A program made the translations under genes and the position numbers. Below, in pieces: positions 54,936-64,000 of a stretch of 64,000 nucleotides of DNA (position 1 is the stretch's first letter; every line of letters begins with the position of its first letter). Source of the stretch: Spirochaetia bacterium (GTDB taxonomy: Bacteria; Spirochaetota; UBA4802; UBA5550); assembly GCA_009885955.1 (NCBI GenBank), contig VFJS01000022.1:51-64050 (forward strand), in the 5' to 3' direction. The notes under the pieces were generated by a model that saw nothing but the letters and a program-made list of their open reading frames with translations, was not told the DNA's origin and ran no database searches.

Positions 54936-55258
54936 TAACGAATGACAATGTGAACGGCAATTTAGTATTGATGAGAACTTCTTCACCCAGGCATTACGGT
55001 GATTCTTCTGAAATCACGGGGAAAAAGGCCGAAGGAGACAGCTCATTTGCCGGAATACTGAAGAAAGTTGTTGATAATGTCAATGACCTCCAGGTTGAAT
55101 CGGAGAACCTTACCCAGAAAATGATATATGATCCCGATTCAGTTGATATTCATACTGTCATGATTACTGCCCAGAAGGCTGAACTGGCTTTGACCCTGAC
55201 TAAGACGGTAAGGGATGAGGCCATCAGGGCTTTCAGAGAGATCATGAATCTGAGATAA
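54932..55258 (+). CDS. fliE: Flagellar hook-basal body complex protein FliE
   Basis: 108 aa. FAGILKKVVDNVNDLQ...DIHTVMITAQKAELALTLTKTVRDEAIRAFREIMNL matches the conserved FliE C-terminal pattern. Confidence 0.8.
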   Translation: MITNDNVNGNLVLMRTSSPRHYGDSSEITGKKAEGDSSFAGILKKVVDNVNDLQVESENLTQKMIYDPDSVDIHTVMITAQKAELALTLTKTVRDEAIRAFREIMNLR

Positions 55259-55344
55259 CCATTGAAAAATGATTATTGTTGATAGAGCGATACTGAAATA
55301 TGAATATTTTTATAAAAAAAATTGCAATTTTTTCAGTAAATTAA

Positions 55345-55373
55345 TTGACATTTTTATCATACTTTTATAAAGT
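55345..55373 (+). promoter_or_regulatory. Candidate sigma70-type promoter upstream of fliF
   Basis: TTGACA (55345-55350), a 17-nt spacer, then TAAAGT (55368-55373), inside the 289-nt fliE-fliF gap. Confidence 0.35.
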
Positions 55374-55547
55374 ATTATGTCACATTAGTTTTTATGGGCA
55401 CTTCTCAAAGATCAGGATTTTCATACATAAAATATTCTGAATTCTGATTTTTTCCAGTATGTGTGCCCTGAGGGGATCGCCTGATTTAATATTTCAAGGT
55501 TCCCGTCTAACAATAATTATCATTTTCAAAGGGATCCTGGAGGGCAT

Positions 55548-57248
55548 ATGGGTGAATATTTAAGCAGATTAATTGTACAGATCAAGGAGCTTTTCGCAAA
55601 GCTCGACATGACCAAAAAAATCATTATCGGCTCTGTCACAGCTGTTGTCGTTATAGCATTTGTTGTATTATTCTCCGTTTCGAGCATAGAGCCCTATACC
55701 GTTCTTTTCACCGACCTCCCATCGAACGACTTCGGGCAGGTGACAAAAAAGCTTGATGAGATGGGCTACCGCTATGAAGGCAAAGGAACCACCTCAATTT
55801 TTGTGAAGCCGGCTGAAAGAGACATAATAATGACCAGGCTTGCGCAGGAGAATCTGATACCGAAGGGTATTCCCGGATGGAAACTTTTTGATGTAACGAA
55901 ATGGACCGAGACCGACAGGGAACTTGATGTAAAATACATGCGGGCCCTCCGCGATGAAATTAAAAGACACCTGGAATCTTTAAAAAATATAGAGAAGGCC
56001 TCTGTGGAGATATCCATTTCAGAGGACAGCCTCTATTCCGATAAACAGACGCCGTATACCGCTGCGGTAACTGTTCACCTTGCACCGGGATATGACAAGC
56101 TCTCCAAGAAGGAGATTAAAGGGATGGTTTACCTGGTTTCCAGGGCAGTGGGAAACAGGCTGAAACCGGAAAATGTCATAGTCACCGATGACCATGGCAA
56201 TATACTTTCCGATTTTGACGATGACATTGATAAAGCCAAGACAGAATACACAATTCTGGAAAACAGGCGGAAAATCCAGGAAAAGGCAAGGATAAAACTC
56301 CTGAAAGATATCAGGGACGGCCTTGAAAGGATATATTCCTCTGACAGGATACAGATTGTAAGGCTCAACATGGATTTCAACTGGGACAAAATTTCCGAGG
56401 AACAGGAGGAATACAAACCCATTGAGCTTGTTCCCCAGGACCCCACAAAGCCATACAATACAAGAAAAACTCAGGATTCACTTCCCATATCCGAAAAAAA
56501 GGTTACTGAAAAATTCCAGGGGCACGGGTGGAATCCCGAGGGCCCTGCCGGTGTTGAAGGGAATAAACCCCCGGGATACAAGGCAAGTGATGATCAGTTT
56601 TCCAAATATGAGAAGAACGAGAGCATAAAAAATCATGCAATTAATAAAACGATACGTAAAATCGACAGGGATCCTATCAATATAAATAAACTCTCTGTAG
56701 CTATTGCTATTGACGGGATACAGGACCTCCCGAGGCAGAGGGACGGTGCATATGACCTGGATCCGACTAAGAAACCGCTCCAGATAGCGCTTTCTCAGGA
56801 AGAGCTGAAAAAAGCGGAGAACATTGTTAAGAAAGCAATAAACTATAACCTTGCACGCGGTGACCAGGTGGCTGTTGAGAACATCATGTTTGACAGGACC
56901 AAGCACTGGGACGATATCAGGGAGGATTACCGCCGCAAAGAACAGATGAAAAAACTTCTTGTCGCGGCTTTAATAGGAGTAATAGCCCTGTTTATCGGAT
57001 TTATTCTTTTCAGGGCTGTACAGAAGGAGCTCGAAAGGAGAAGGAGGGCAAGGGAGGAAAAACTTGCCCTGGAGCAGCAGAGAATGCGCGAGGCTGCCCT
57101 CAGGGTAGCTGAAGAGGAGGGGGTTGATGTTGAGCTCTCCCTGGAAGACAGGGCCAGGAAGGACCTCCATAACACAGCGATTTCTCTGGCCAAGGAAAGG
57201 CCCGATGATGTGGCCCAGCTCCTCAGGACCTGGCTTGCTGAGGAATAA
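55548..57248 (+). CDS. fliF: Flagellar M-ring protein FliF
   Basis: 566 aa. N-terminal TM helix, the YscJ/FliF region (LFTDLPSNDFGQVTKKLDEMGYRYE...), a second TM helix near the C-terminus and the FliG-binding tail (VAQLLRTWL). Confidence 0.9.
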   Translation: MGEYLSRLIVQIKELFAKLDMTKKIIIGSVTAVVVIAFVVLFSVSSIEPYTVLFTDLPSNDFGQVTKKLDEMGYRYEGKGTTSIFVKPAERDIIMTRLAQENLIPKGIPGWKLFDVTKWTETDRELDVKYMRALRDEIKRHLESLKNIEKASVEISISEDSLYSDKQTPYTAAVTVHLAPGYDKLSKKEIKGMVYLVSRAVGNRLKPENVIVTDDHGNILSDFDDDIDKAKTEYTILENRRKIQEKARIKLLKDIRDGLERIYSSDRIQIVRLNMDFNWDKISEEQEEYKPIELVPQDPTKPYNTRKTQDSLPISEKKVTEKFQGHGWNPEGPAGVEGNKPPGYKASDDQFSKYEKNESIKNHAINKTIRKIDRDPININKLSVAIAIDGIQDLPRQRDGAYDLDPTKKPLQIALSQEELKKAENIVKKAINYNLARGDQVAVENIMFDRTKHWDDIREDYRRKEQMKKLLVAALIGVIALFIGFILFRAVQKELERRRRAREEKLALEQQRMREAALRVAEEEGVDVELSLEDRARKDLHNTAISLAKERPDDVAQLLRTWLAEE

Positions 57249-57340
57249 TCGGGAAAATGATTTGACTAGTACTCAATAGGTGATTTACTTAATATTTATG
57301 AAGAATTTGAATAGAAGAAGATACAGGGCGGAGTAAAAAA

Positions 57341-58357
57341 ATGGCAACTGGTAAAAAGTCATCGCTGACAGGAAGGCAGAAAGCAGCCATATTTCTTGTT
57401 TCCCTCGGGTCCGATGTATCTGCTGAAATTTTCAAACATCTCCGCGAAGATGAGATTGAACAGCTGACTTTTGAAATAGCGCGGCTCGACAAGGTTGAGC
57501 CTGCTGACAGGGACACGGTCCTCCAGGAGTTTCAGGAGATGATGATGGCCCAGGACTTTATCGAGAACGGAGGCATTGATTATGCCAGGGATGTTCTTGA
57601 AAGGGCGCTCGGGACTCAGAAAGCCATAGATATTGTAAACAGGCTCACCTCATCTTTACAGGTGAGGCCTTTCGATTTTATCAGAAGAACCGACCCCAGC
57701 CACCTGCTTAACTTCATCCAGGGTGAGCACCCGCAGACCATCGCCCTGATTCTCGCCTACCTGGATCCACAGAAAGGCGCAATGATCCTTTCGGGATTGA
57801 ACCACCAGGTACAGGCCGACGTGGCAAGAAGGATTGCTCAGATGGACAGGACGTCGCCTGATGTTCTCCGCGAAGTTGAAAGGGTTCTTGAACGGAAACT
57901 CTCAACCCTGGCAAGCGAGGATTTCACCTCGGCCGGCGGTATTGATTCCATTGTGGAAGTGCTGAACAATGTTGACCGGGGAACTGAGAAGATTATTATT
58001 GAAGCGCTCGAGGAAGAGGATCCAGAACTGGCAGAAGAGATCAAGAAGCGGATGTTTGTTTTCGAGGATATTGTTCTCCTCGACGACAGGTCCATCCAGA
58101 AGGTACTCCGCGAAGTGGATACGCAGGATCTGGCAAAGGCCCTTAAGGGTGTTGATACAGAGGTTCAGGAAAAAATATACAGAAACATGTCGAAGAGGGC
58201 CGCTTCACTGCTCCGGGAAGACATGGATTTCATGGGGCCCATAAGGCTGAGAGACGTTGAAGAGTCCCAGCAGAAGATAGTTAACATCATTAGAAAACTT
58301 GAAGATGCCGGCGATATCATTGTTGCAAGGGCCGGAGAGGAGGAACTGATTGTCTAA
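57341..58357 (+). CDS. fliG: Flagellar motor switch protein FliG
   Basis: LTGRQKAAIFLVSLG, EHPQTIALILAYL, the MFVFEDI motif, and the C-terminal torque helix region (LREDMDFMGPIRLRDVEESQQKIV). Confidence 0.95.
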   Translation: MATGKKSSLTGRQKAAIFLVSLGSDVSAEIFKHLREDEIEQLTFEIARLDKVEPADRDTVLQEFQEMMMAQDFIENGGIDYARDVLERALGTQKAIDIVNRLTSSLQVRPFDFIRRTDPSHLLNFIQGEHPQTIALILAYLDPQKGAMILSGLNHQVQADVARRIAQMDRTSPDVLREVERVLERKLSTLASEDFTSAGGIDSIVEVLNNVDRGTEKIIIEALEEEDPELAEEIKKRMFVFEDIVLLDDRSIQKVLREVDTQDLAKALKGVDTEVQEKIYRNMSKRAASLLREDMDFMGPIRLRDVEESQQKIVNIIRKLEDAGDIIVARAGEEELIV

Positions 58358-59276
58358 GTTAGTTTTCAAACCGGGAGAAGTCAGGCTGACAAATATTGCC
58401 AAGCAGATTGAGCTTCCGTACAAATACCAGAAAAATCTCATTGATGCCGAGGAATACAAAGAGTTCGAGGTCGATGAAGAAGGGAACCCGATAGATGTGT
58501 ACCAGGGTCCTTCCATCGAGGAGATGGAGGCCGAACTTGAAAGGTACCGACGCGAAACCGAAGAAGAAGTCAGGGAGATGCTCGAGAATGCGAGGAAAAA
58601 GCGCGAATCCATCGAGAACGAGGGGAAGGCAGCCGCTTTCAGGGAGCAGCAGCAGGCAAGGGAACAGATAAAGATTGAACTCGAGCGGCTCAAACTCGAC
58701 TCCGAGAAGGAGATAGAGCGGGGCAAGTTTGAGGCTGAGAAGATGATCAAGGAGGCCGAGCTCAAGGTATCGGAAATTGAGCATGAGGCATACAAGAAGG
58801 GTTATGATGCCGGACGGGAAGAAGGATATAAGGAAGGCCAGGCGGAGGTCATGCGTCTCATTGACAGGCTTGGCACCGTGGTCTCGACAGCCGTTGATAT
58901 ACGGGACGATCTTATCCGTTCCTCGGAGAAGATGATGACCGAGATGATCCTCATGATTTCAAAAAAGGTCATCAAGGATGAAATTGTAGAACGCCGGGAA
59001 ATTGTAATAAATAATATCAAGGAAGCAATTAAGCGGGTCAAGGACAGAGACAGGATCGACATACGGGTAAATTTTGCCGACCTTGACATGACTACCGCGC
59101 ATAAGGATGAGCTCATCAAGATGATGGAGTCCCTCAGGAAAGTCAACATATATGAAGATTCACGGGTTGAACGCGGAGGCTGCATAATCGAGACAGATGT
59201 TGGAGCCATAGACGCAAGGATTTCCACACAGCTTGATGCCATAGAAGAGGCCATCAGGAATACGAGTACGCTGTAA
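58350..59276 (+). CDS. fliH: Flagellar export apparatus protein FliH
   Basis: Glu/Lys-rich coiled coil followed by a FliH/NtpE-like C-terminus (IRVNFADLDM...GGCIIETDVGAIDARISTQLDAI). It sits between fliG and fliI. TTG start overlapping the fliG end. Confidence 0.75.
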   Translation: MSKLVFKPGEVRLTNIAKQIELPYKYQKNLIDAEEYKEFEVDEEGNPIDVYQGPSIEEMEAELERYRRETEEEVREMLENARKKRESIENEGKAAAFREQQQAREQIKIELERLKLDSEKEIERGKFEAEKMIKEAELKVSEIEHEAYKKGYDAGREEGYKEGQAEVMRLIDRLGTVVSTAVDIRDDLIRSSEKMMTEMILMISKKVIKDEIVERREIVINNIKEAIKRVKDRDRIDIRVNFADLDMTTAHKDELIKMMESLRKVNIYEDSRVERGGCIIETDVGAIDARISTQLDAIEEAIRNTSTL

Positions 59277-59288
59277 AGGCATCGGATT

Positions 59289-60689
59289 ATGATAAAAATT
59301 CTTCCATATGAAAAAGTCGATGTATTATCAAAATACAAACAGAAACTCGAGGAAATTGACCTTATTAAGTTCACAGGAAGAGTTGAAAGGATCGTAGGCC
59401 TTACGATAGAATCAATCGGCCCTTCGGTAAAATATGGCGACCTGTGCAGGATCAGGATTGATAAAAATGAATACCTCCATGCCGAAGTCGTAGGATTTAA
59501 CAAGAACAGGATTATTCTCATGCCCATCGGAGATATGAAGGGTGTTCTTCCAGGGGCTGAAGTTTTTTCTTCGGCAACACCTCTCCTGATACCGGTGGGG
59601 AATGTGCTCCTGGGAAGGGTCATATCAGGCACCGGTATCCCTCTGGACGGCAAAGGCCCTATTTTTACCCCTGAACTCTATCCCGTTGAGGGGAAAGTTA
59701 TCAACCCCCTTGAAAGGACAACCATCAACAAACCCCTTTCCGTCGGGATCAGGGCCATTGACGGGCTGAATACCATTGGCCGCGGGCAGAGGATCGGAAT
59801 ATTTTCCGGTTCAGGCGTTGGAAAATCCACGGTGCTGTCGATGATAGCCCGTTACACCGATGCCGATATAAATGTCATCGCCCTCATCGGGGAAAGGGGG
59901 AGAGAGGTCAAGGATTTCGTAGAGAAGGAGCTTGGAACCGAGGGCCTCAAACGCTCCATAGTCATTGCCGCAACCTCGGACCAGCCGCCCATGCTCAGGA
60001 TCAAAGGGGCTTTTGTCGCCCATACCATTGCTGAATATTTCAGGGACCAGGGAAAGGATGTCAATCTGATCATGGACTCCGTTACAAGGTTCGCCATGGC
60101 CCAGAGGGAAGTGGGCCTGGCTGCAGGCGAGCCTTCGGCAACGCGCGGTTTTCCGCCATCGGTTTTTTCACTGCTGCCGAAGCTGCTTGAGAGGTCGGGA
60201 ACCAGTTCATCGGGCGGGAGCATTACCGGCTTCTATTCAGTCCTTGTTGAGGGTGATGATATGAATGAGCCGATTTCTGATGCTGTCAGGGGAATCCTCG
60301 ACGGGCATATTGTCCTTGACCGGGCCCTGGCGCATAAAGGGCACTATCCCGCCATCAATATCCTGTCATCAATATCGAGGTGTATGAAGGATGTAGTGAC
60401 GCCGGAGCACAGGGCTATGGCTGCAAAATTCAGGGAACTTCTGGCAGCATATACAGAGGCCGAGGATCTGATAAACCTGGGTGCCTATGCAAAAGGATCT
60501 AACCCGATTATAGATAAATCCATTGAGATGAGGGACCAGTTCAATGCATTTTTAAGACAGGGGATATATGAAAAGGATGATTTGGTTTCCATAAAGAGGA
60601 AGCTTCTTGAAATGTTTGAGCCTCCTGCCAGCCGTGCAGGCAGAGCAGTGTATGAAAAGACTCCATCCTATGCCAGGATTATACGTTAA
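59289..60689 (+). CDS. fliI: Flagellum-specific ATPase FliI
   Basis: Walker A GSGVGKST, Walker B LIMDSVTRFA, and ITGFYSVLVEGDDMNEPISDAVRGILDGHIVL. Confidence 0.95.
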   Translation: MIKILPYEKVDVLSKYKQKLEEIDLIKFTGRVERIVGLTIESIGPSVKYGDLCRIRIDKNEYLHAEVVGFNKNRIILMPIGDMKGVLPGAEVFSSATPLLIPVGNVLLGRVISGTGIPLDGKGPIFTPELYPVEGKVINPLERTTINKPLSVGIRAIDGLNTIGRGQRIGIFSGSGVGKSTVLSMIARYTDADINVIALIGERGREVKDFVEKELGTEGLKRSIVIAATSDQPPMLRIKGAFVAHTIAEYFRDQGKDVNLIMDSVTRFAMAQREVGLAAGEPSATRGFPPSVFSLLPKLLERSGTSSSGGSITGFYSVLVEGDDMNEPISDAVRGILDGHIVLDRALAHKGHYPAINILSSISRCMKDVVTPEHRAMAAKFRELLAAYTEAEDLINLGAYAKGSNPIIDKSIEMRDQFNAFLRQGIYEKDDLVSIKRKLLEMFEPPASRAGRAVYEKTPSYARIIR

Positions 60690-60712
60690 ACGTAATTTAA
60701 TAGAGGGAATTT

Positions 60713-61177
60713 TTGAAGAAGTTTAAATTCAGGCTCCAGAAATTACTCGACATAAGGGAAGCAGCAGAAAAGGGCGCCAAAAATGAGCTGGCTGAAGTTA
60801 TGAGTATTCAGAACAGGGAGCGTCAGAAACAGGATGAATTGAGGGACAGTATCGACAGGCACAGGAGTCATTTCAGGGAACGGCTTATCAAGGGTGATTT
60901 TACTCCGAAAGAGGCTATATTTTTTGAAAAATATGTGAATATATCGCAAAGGGCCATTGAACTTTCAGATGAAAGAATTCTGCAGCTTGAGCCAGAAGTA
61001 ATCAGGAGGCGCGGCAAGGTTATAGAAGCATCTAAAGAGCGGAAAACTGTAGAAAAATTGAAAGAAAAGAAGCTCAATTCCTTTAATTATCAGTACAACT
61101 GGGAAATCAACAAGGAAAATGATGATATGAACCAGAAGATATATCAGAAGAGAATGAGCGCCAGCGGGGAGCAATAA
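60713..61177 (+). CDS. fliJ: Flagellar export chaperone FliJ
   Basis: 154-aa coiled-coil protein starting FKFRLQKLLDIRE, with KERKTVEKLKEKK. Position directly after fliI. TTG start. Confidence 0.7.
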   Translation: MKKFKFRLQKLLDIREAAEKGAKNELAEVMSIQNRERQKQDELRDSIDRHRSHFRERLIKGDFTPKEAIFFEKYVNISQRAIELSDERILQLEPEVIRRRGKVIEASKERKTVEKLKEKKLNSFNYQYNWEINKENDDMNQKIYQKRMSASGEQ

Positions 61178-61178
61178 A

Positions 61179-61568
61179 ATGAATGACATGTACAAGGTAA
61201 TGAACAGGATAAATGATATAAAAAAGAAATTCCGTTCAATGAGACATAATAAGTTTGAAACTGCTATAAAAACTGATGTAAAGAAAAAGAATTATGAATC
61301 GATTCAAAACCGGGTTATAAAAAAGACGGATAATGAAAACAGGGTGAAGAATCTGTCGCCGAAGGATCCGAAGAACATGGAAATAATAAAAGGGCTCGTG
61401 GAAAAATATTCTGAAAAGAATAATATGCCGTTATCCCTGGTTAATACAATGATCCAAACTGTTTCCGGCACTAATAATGGAAATGAGGATAGCAATGGCA
61501 TCGCCGGGCAAAAAGATACTGTAGAATTTATGAACAGTGTCATCCAGGCATTCAAGAAAAACAGGTAA
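61179..61568 (+). CDS. Flagellar-operon hypothetical protein with degenerate SLT-like C-terminal motif
   Basis: Starts 1 nt after the fliJ stop. The C-terminal MPLSLVNTMIQTVSGTNNGNEDSNGIAGQ resembles the lytic-transglycosylase block (...I.QESGFNP.A.S.AGA.GLMQ), with the catalytic Glu replaced by Thr. By-eye call. Confidence 0.45.
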   Translation: MNDMYKVMNRINDIKKKFRSMRHNKFETAIKTDVKKKNYESIQNRVIKKTDNENRVKNLSPKDPKNMEIIKGLVEKYSEKNNMPLSLVNTMIQTVSGTNNGNEDSNGIAGQKDTVEFMNSVIQAFKKNR

Positions 61569-61604
61569 TTCCTGATATAATGACAGGATTTTTGGAGGCA
61601 TAAT

Positions 61605-62213
61605 ATGAGGGTTGTATCAGATAAGGCAAAAGTACTATACATGCTGCTGCTTATTATATTTTTATCTGTCTTCGGGCTTTTCTGGCTGGATACTATTGGA
61701 TTGATTAATCTTCATAAGTACATGAACAGATTTGCCAAGGAGTCGCCTTCCGTGCTTGAAAAAGCAGGTGATGAGCCGTCCCTTATTGAGAGGGAGGAAT
61801 TTGAAAAAGAGAAGCAGAAGCTTCATGACAGGGTGGAGGAGCTTGATAAAAGGGAAGCCCTTCTTGCCGAAGAGGAAAAGAAGATAAAATCTGAGCGTGA
61901 AAAAATAGAAGAAGTGGCAAACGGGCTGAAACTGGAGAAGAAAAAGTTTGAAGAGGCCAAAAAGGTATATTCCGGGTATCAGAAAAATGTCAGAATACTT
62001 GCCGAAAAAATCGGAAACATGCCCCCTGAGGATTCAGTTAAAATTATGGTCAACTGGGAGGATCCGTTAATCATAGATGTACTGAGGCAGCTTGACGCCA
62101 ATGCCCTGGAAGCAGGCCAGCAGAGCATTACTCCGTACCTGATAACTCTCATAAGCAGCCTTCACAGCACTGATAAGGCGAGCAGGATCATGTACCTGAT
62201 GACTCAGCTTTAA
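61605..62213 (+). CDS. FlbB/YlxF-like flagellar protein (TM + coiled coil + MgtE_N-like domain)
   Basis: N-terminal TM helix (LYMLLLIIFLSVFGLFWL). Lys/Glu coiled coil. C-terminal MPPEDSVKIMVNWEDPLIIDVLRQLD is typical of MgtE-N-like YlxF/FlbB proteins that follow fliJ in Bacillus and spirochaete operons. Confidence 0.55.
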   Translation: MRVVSDKAKVLYMLLLIIFLSVFGLFWLDTIGLINLHKYMNRFAKESPSVLEKAGDEPSLIEREEFEKEKQKLHDRVEELDKREALLAEEEKKIKSEREKIEEVANGLKLEKKKFEEAKKVYSGYQKNVRILAEKIGNMPPEDSVKIMVNWEDPLIIDVLRQLDANALEAGQQSITPYLITLISSLHSTDKASRIMYLMTQL

Positions 62214-62257
62214 ACAACAGCAGCCTGTACAGTATATGAAGCAGTATCCAGTTTGTT

Positions 62258-62836
62258 TTAAATAAAATCTGAAATCAGATGCAGCAGTTCTTTTTTTCCT
62301 TCCCCGGTTTTTGTCGATGTAAAAAAAAGGTTATCTATTGACAGGTTCAGTGATTTCATGATATCACCTGCGCACTGGATACGTTTGTTTTTTGTGAGTT
62401 TGTCGCACTTGGTAAGAGCAATTGCCCCGAATATTTCATTTTCCTCAAGAAGTGAGAGAATTTCCCTTTCATAATCATCGGGAATTCTACGGATGTCTAT
62501 TAATAGAAAAGCAAGTTTCAGGTTTTCCCTTTTATTAATGTAATTTTTAATAAGGGGATAAAAATTTTTTTTTATCTCTACCGGGAGTTTCGCATAGCCG
62601 AATCCAGGGAGGTCTGCTATGGAAATTTTATCCTCCAGAAGAAAAAAATTTATTGTTTTGGTTACCCCGGGCTTTGACCCGGTTTTCACAAGATTTTTGC
62701 TTCCCAGGATCATATTGATAAGGGATGATTTTCCAACGTTCGATCTTCCCATGAATGCGAATTCCGGATAACTGTAGGCCGGGAACTGATCCACGGCGGA
62801 GCAGCTTTTAAGAAATTTTACATTTTTAAATTTCAA
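62258..62836 (-). CDS. engB: Ribosome-biogenesis GTPase EngB/YsxC
   Basis: G1 GRSNVGKSSLIN, G3 DLPGFGYA, G4 TKCDKL. Confidence 0.85.
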   Translation of the reverse strand: MKFKNVKFLKSCSAVDQFPAYSYPEFAFMGRSNVGKSSLINMILGSKNLVKTGSKPGVTKTINFFLLEDKISIADLPGFGYAKLPVEIKKNFYPLIKNYINKRENLKLAFLLIDIRRIPDDYEREILSLLEENEIFGAIALTKCDKLTKNKRIQCAGDIMKSLNLSIDNLFFTSTKTGEGKKELLHLISDFI

Positions 62837-63273
62837 TGATTTATAACTTTTTCCATTAGTATTGCATTGTCATCGGGATAGTAATTCTTCCTTAATCCGA
62901 TCTGTACAAATCCACAGGTGTTGTAAAAGTGATTCGCCGCATCGTTTTTTTCTCTCAGTTCAAGGTAAACTTTTTTTGCAGAATCAGCCCTTGTGATTAT
63001 ATCATTAAGCAGGGCAACACCGATTCCCATTCTCCTGTACTCTGGAAGCACGCCAATATTCAGAATCTGAAGTTCATCCCGCACATCCCATGCCACGGCA
63101 AAGGCAATGATCGATATGCCGTGTGCTGCAACGATAAACAATGAGAAGGGAATATCCAGTTCATGTGTAAATTGTTCCGGTTTCCACAGCCTTGAGCCGG
63201 CCTGCTCAATTTCATAAACGGCTTTCAAATCCCCGGGCGCTGCAGGCCGGATAGTATAAACAAGCCTGCCCAT
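62833..63273 (-). CDS. rimI: GNAT N-acetyltransferase, RimI-like
   Basis: Acetyl-CoA motif (VLPEYRRMGIGVALL), then YLELREKNDAANHFYNTCGF. Its stop overlaps the engB start. Start moved to the ATG at 63273 to avoid overlapping the upstream gene. Confidence 0.7.
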   Translation of the reverse strand: MGRLVYTIRPAAPGDLKAVYEIEQAGSRLWKPEQFTHELDIPFSLFIVAAHGISIIAFAVAWDVRDELQILNIGVLPEYRRMGIGVALLNDIITRADSAKKVYLELREKNDAANHFYNTCGFVQIGLRKNYYPDDNAILMEKVINH

Positions 63274-63280
63274 GAAAAAA

Positions 63281-64000
63281 TTATCTGTCCAGGCCTTTAG
63301 GTTCCCTCTTCTCAAGAAATGCTGAAACCCCTTCTTTCATATTTTCAGTCTGGCAGAGTTTTCCGAATTCATCCCTTTCAATTTTAAGGCCGCTGATGAA
63401 GTCAGTTTTAAGTCCTTCACTGATTGCCCGCATGGCAGATTTGACAGCAGGCCTCCCTTTAAGAGCGATGTTTTTTCCAAGCTCCAGGGCCTCTTTTACC
63501 GATTCACCCTTTGGTACAGCCCTGTTTACCAGGCCGCATTCCATGGCTTCAGTACCGCTTATGAAATTTCCAGTCAGAATCAGCTCCATGGCCTTCCCTC
63601 TGCCGAGAACCCTGGCGGCCCTCTGTGTACCGCCATACCCCGGAATTATGCCGAGTTTGATTTCCGGAAGCCCCATCTGGGCCGATTCATCTGCGATCCT
63701 CATGTGGCATGATAGGGCCAATTCCATTCCTCCGCCCAGGGCAAATCCGTTTATAGCCGCTATAAAGGGCTTGTCTCCGTTTTCTATGAGGTTAAAGAGA
63801 TTCTGCCCGATTTCGGCAAAGGAAGTTCCAGTGGCTGGATTCTGTATCCTGTTTATTTCTTTAATATCGGCTCCGGCAATGAATGCCTTCCCTTCACCGG
63901 TAAAGACAATCACCCTTGCCGAATCATCGGACTGGGCTTTCATTACTGCATCATGTATGTCTTTAAGCACTGCAGCGCTAAGCGCATTCATTGGCGGATT
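63281..64000 (-). CDS. Enoyl-CoA hydratase/crotonase family protein, N-terminus outside window
   Basis: The frame is open to the window edge. Crotonase blocks are present (NALSAAVL, FTGEGKAFIAGADIKE, AAINGFALGGGMELALSCHMRIA, PEIKLGIIPGYGGTQR). Confidence 0.85.
   Translation of the reverse strand, partial: NPPMNALSAAVLKDIHDAVMKAQSDDSARVIVFTGEGKAFIAGADIKEINRIQNPATGTSFAEIGQNLFNLIENGDKPFIAAINGFALGGGMELALSCHMRIADESAQMGLPEIKLGIIPGYGGTQRAARVLGRGKAMELILTGNFISGTEAMECGLVNRAVPKGESVKEALELGKNIALKGRPAVKSAMRAISEGLKTDFISGLKIERDEFGKLCQTENMKEGVSAFLEKREPKGLDR

Noticed and set aside
58205-59653. Two long minus-strand ORFs (58205..58795 at 196 aa; 58802..59653 at 283 aa) antisense to fliH and fliI
   Set aside because: They are Ser/Leu/Ile-rich antisense translations of Glu/Lys-rich coiled-coil coding sequence, a typical frame -1 shadow. 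The flagellar genes on the plus strand are secure.

Overview
This 64 kb window looks like bacterial chromosome. There is no rRNA, CRISPR array, transposase, integrase or other obvious mobile element. Coding density is high, intergenic regions are AT-rich, and a few genes are distinctly GC-rich.

**Layout, left to right**
- **1-19.6 kb, signal-transduction supercluster:** an MCP (5' partial), CheW, a CheY-like receiver, a convergent tRNA-Ala, a 1216-aa hybrid PAS/GAF histidine kinase, a REC-HD-GYP phosphodiesterase, a 1910-aa hybrid kinase with a C-terminal REC and Hpt, a CheB-CheR-PAS fusion, a PAS-HisKA_2 kinase and a REC-HATPase protein.
- **19.9-29.8 kb, the most unusual part:** a tight co-directional 7-gene operon of unknown function. 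It encodes two paralogous TM-TPR proteins with degenerate Mrr-like PD-(D/E)xK C-termini, a cNMP-binding/P-loop/patatin-like fusion, a 4-TM protein, a STAS protein, a 735-aa unknown protein and a ParB-N-like protein. It converges on a PolB-exo-like 3'-5' exonuclease.
- **30-51 kb, housekeeping and metabolism:** an S1-like protein, tungsten-type aldehyde:ferredoxin oxidoreductase with an Isf-like flavoprotein, an acyltransferase, a DegT aminotransferase, DedA, glpABC, dxs, tlyA, a sorting-domain-only protein next to a PorV-like barrel, folP, cdaA-cdaR and pdxJ.
- **51.4-53.4 kb:** elongator and initiator tRNA-Met, then lnt.
- **53.8-62.2 kb, flagellar rod/MS-ring/export block:** flgB-flgC-fliE-fliF-fliG-fliH-fliI-fliJ-orf-flbB/ylxF-like.
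- **62.2-64 kb:** engB, rimI and a 5'-truncated crotonase on the minus strand.

**Lineage:** it cannot be fixed from sequence alone. The gene order (flgB..fliJ-ylxF, folP-cdaA-cdaR, dxs-tlyA, T9SS-like sorting domain plus PorV-like barrel) fits a flagellated anaerobe from a spirochaete-like or FCB-type candidate lineage.

**Limits:** all domain calls were made by eye from motifs. No database search was run.
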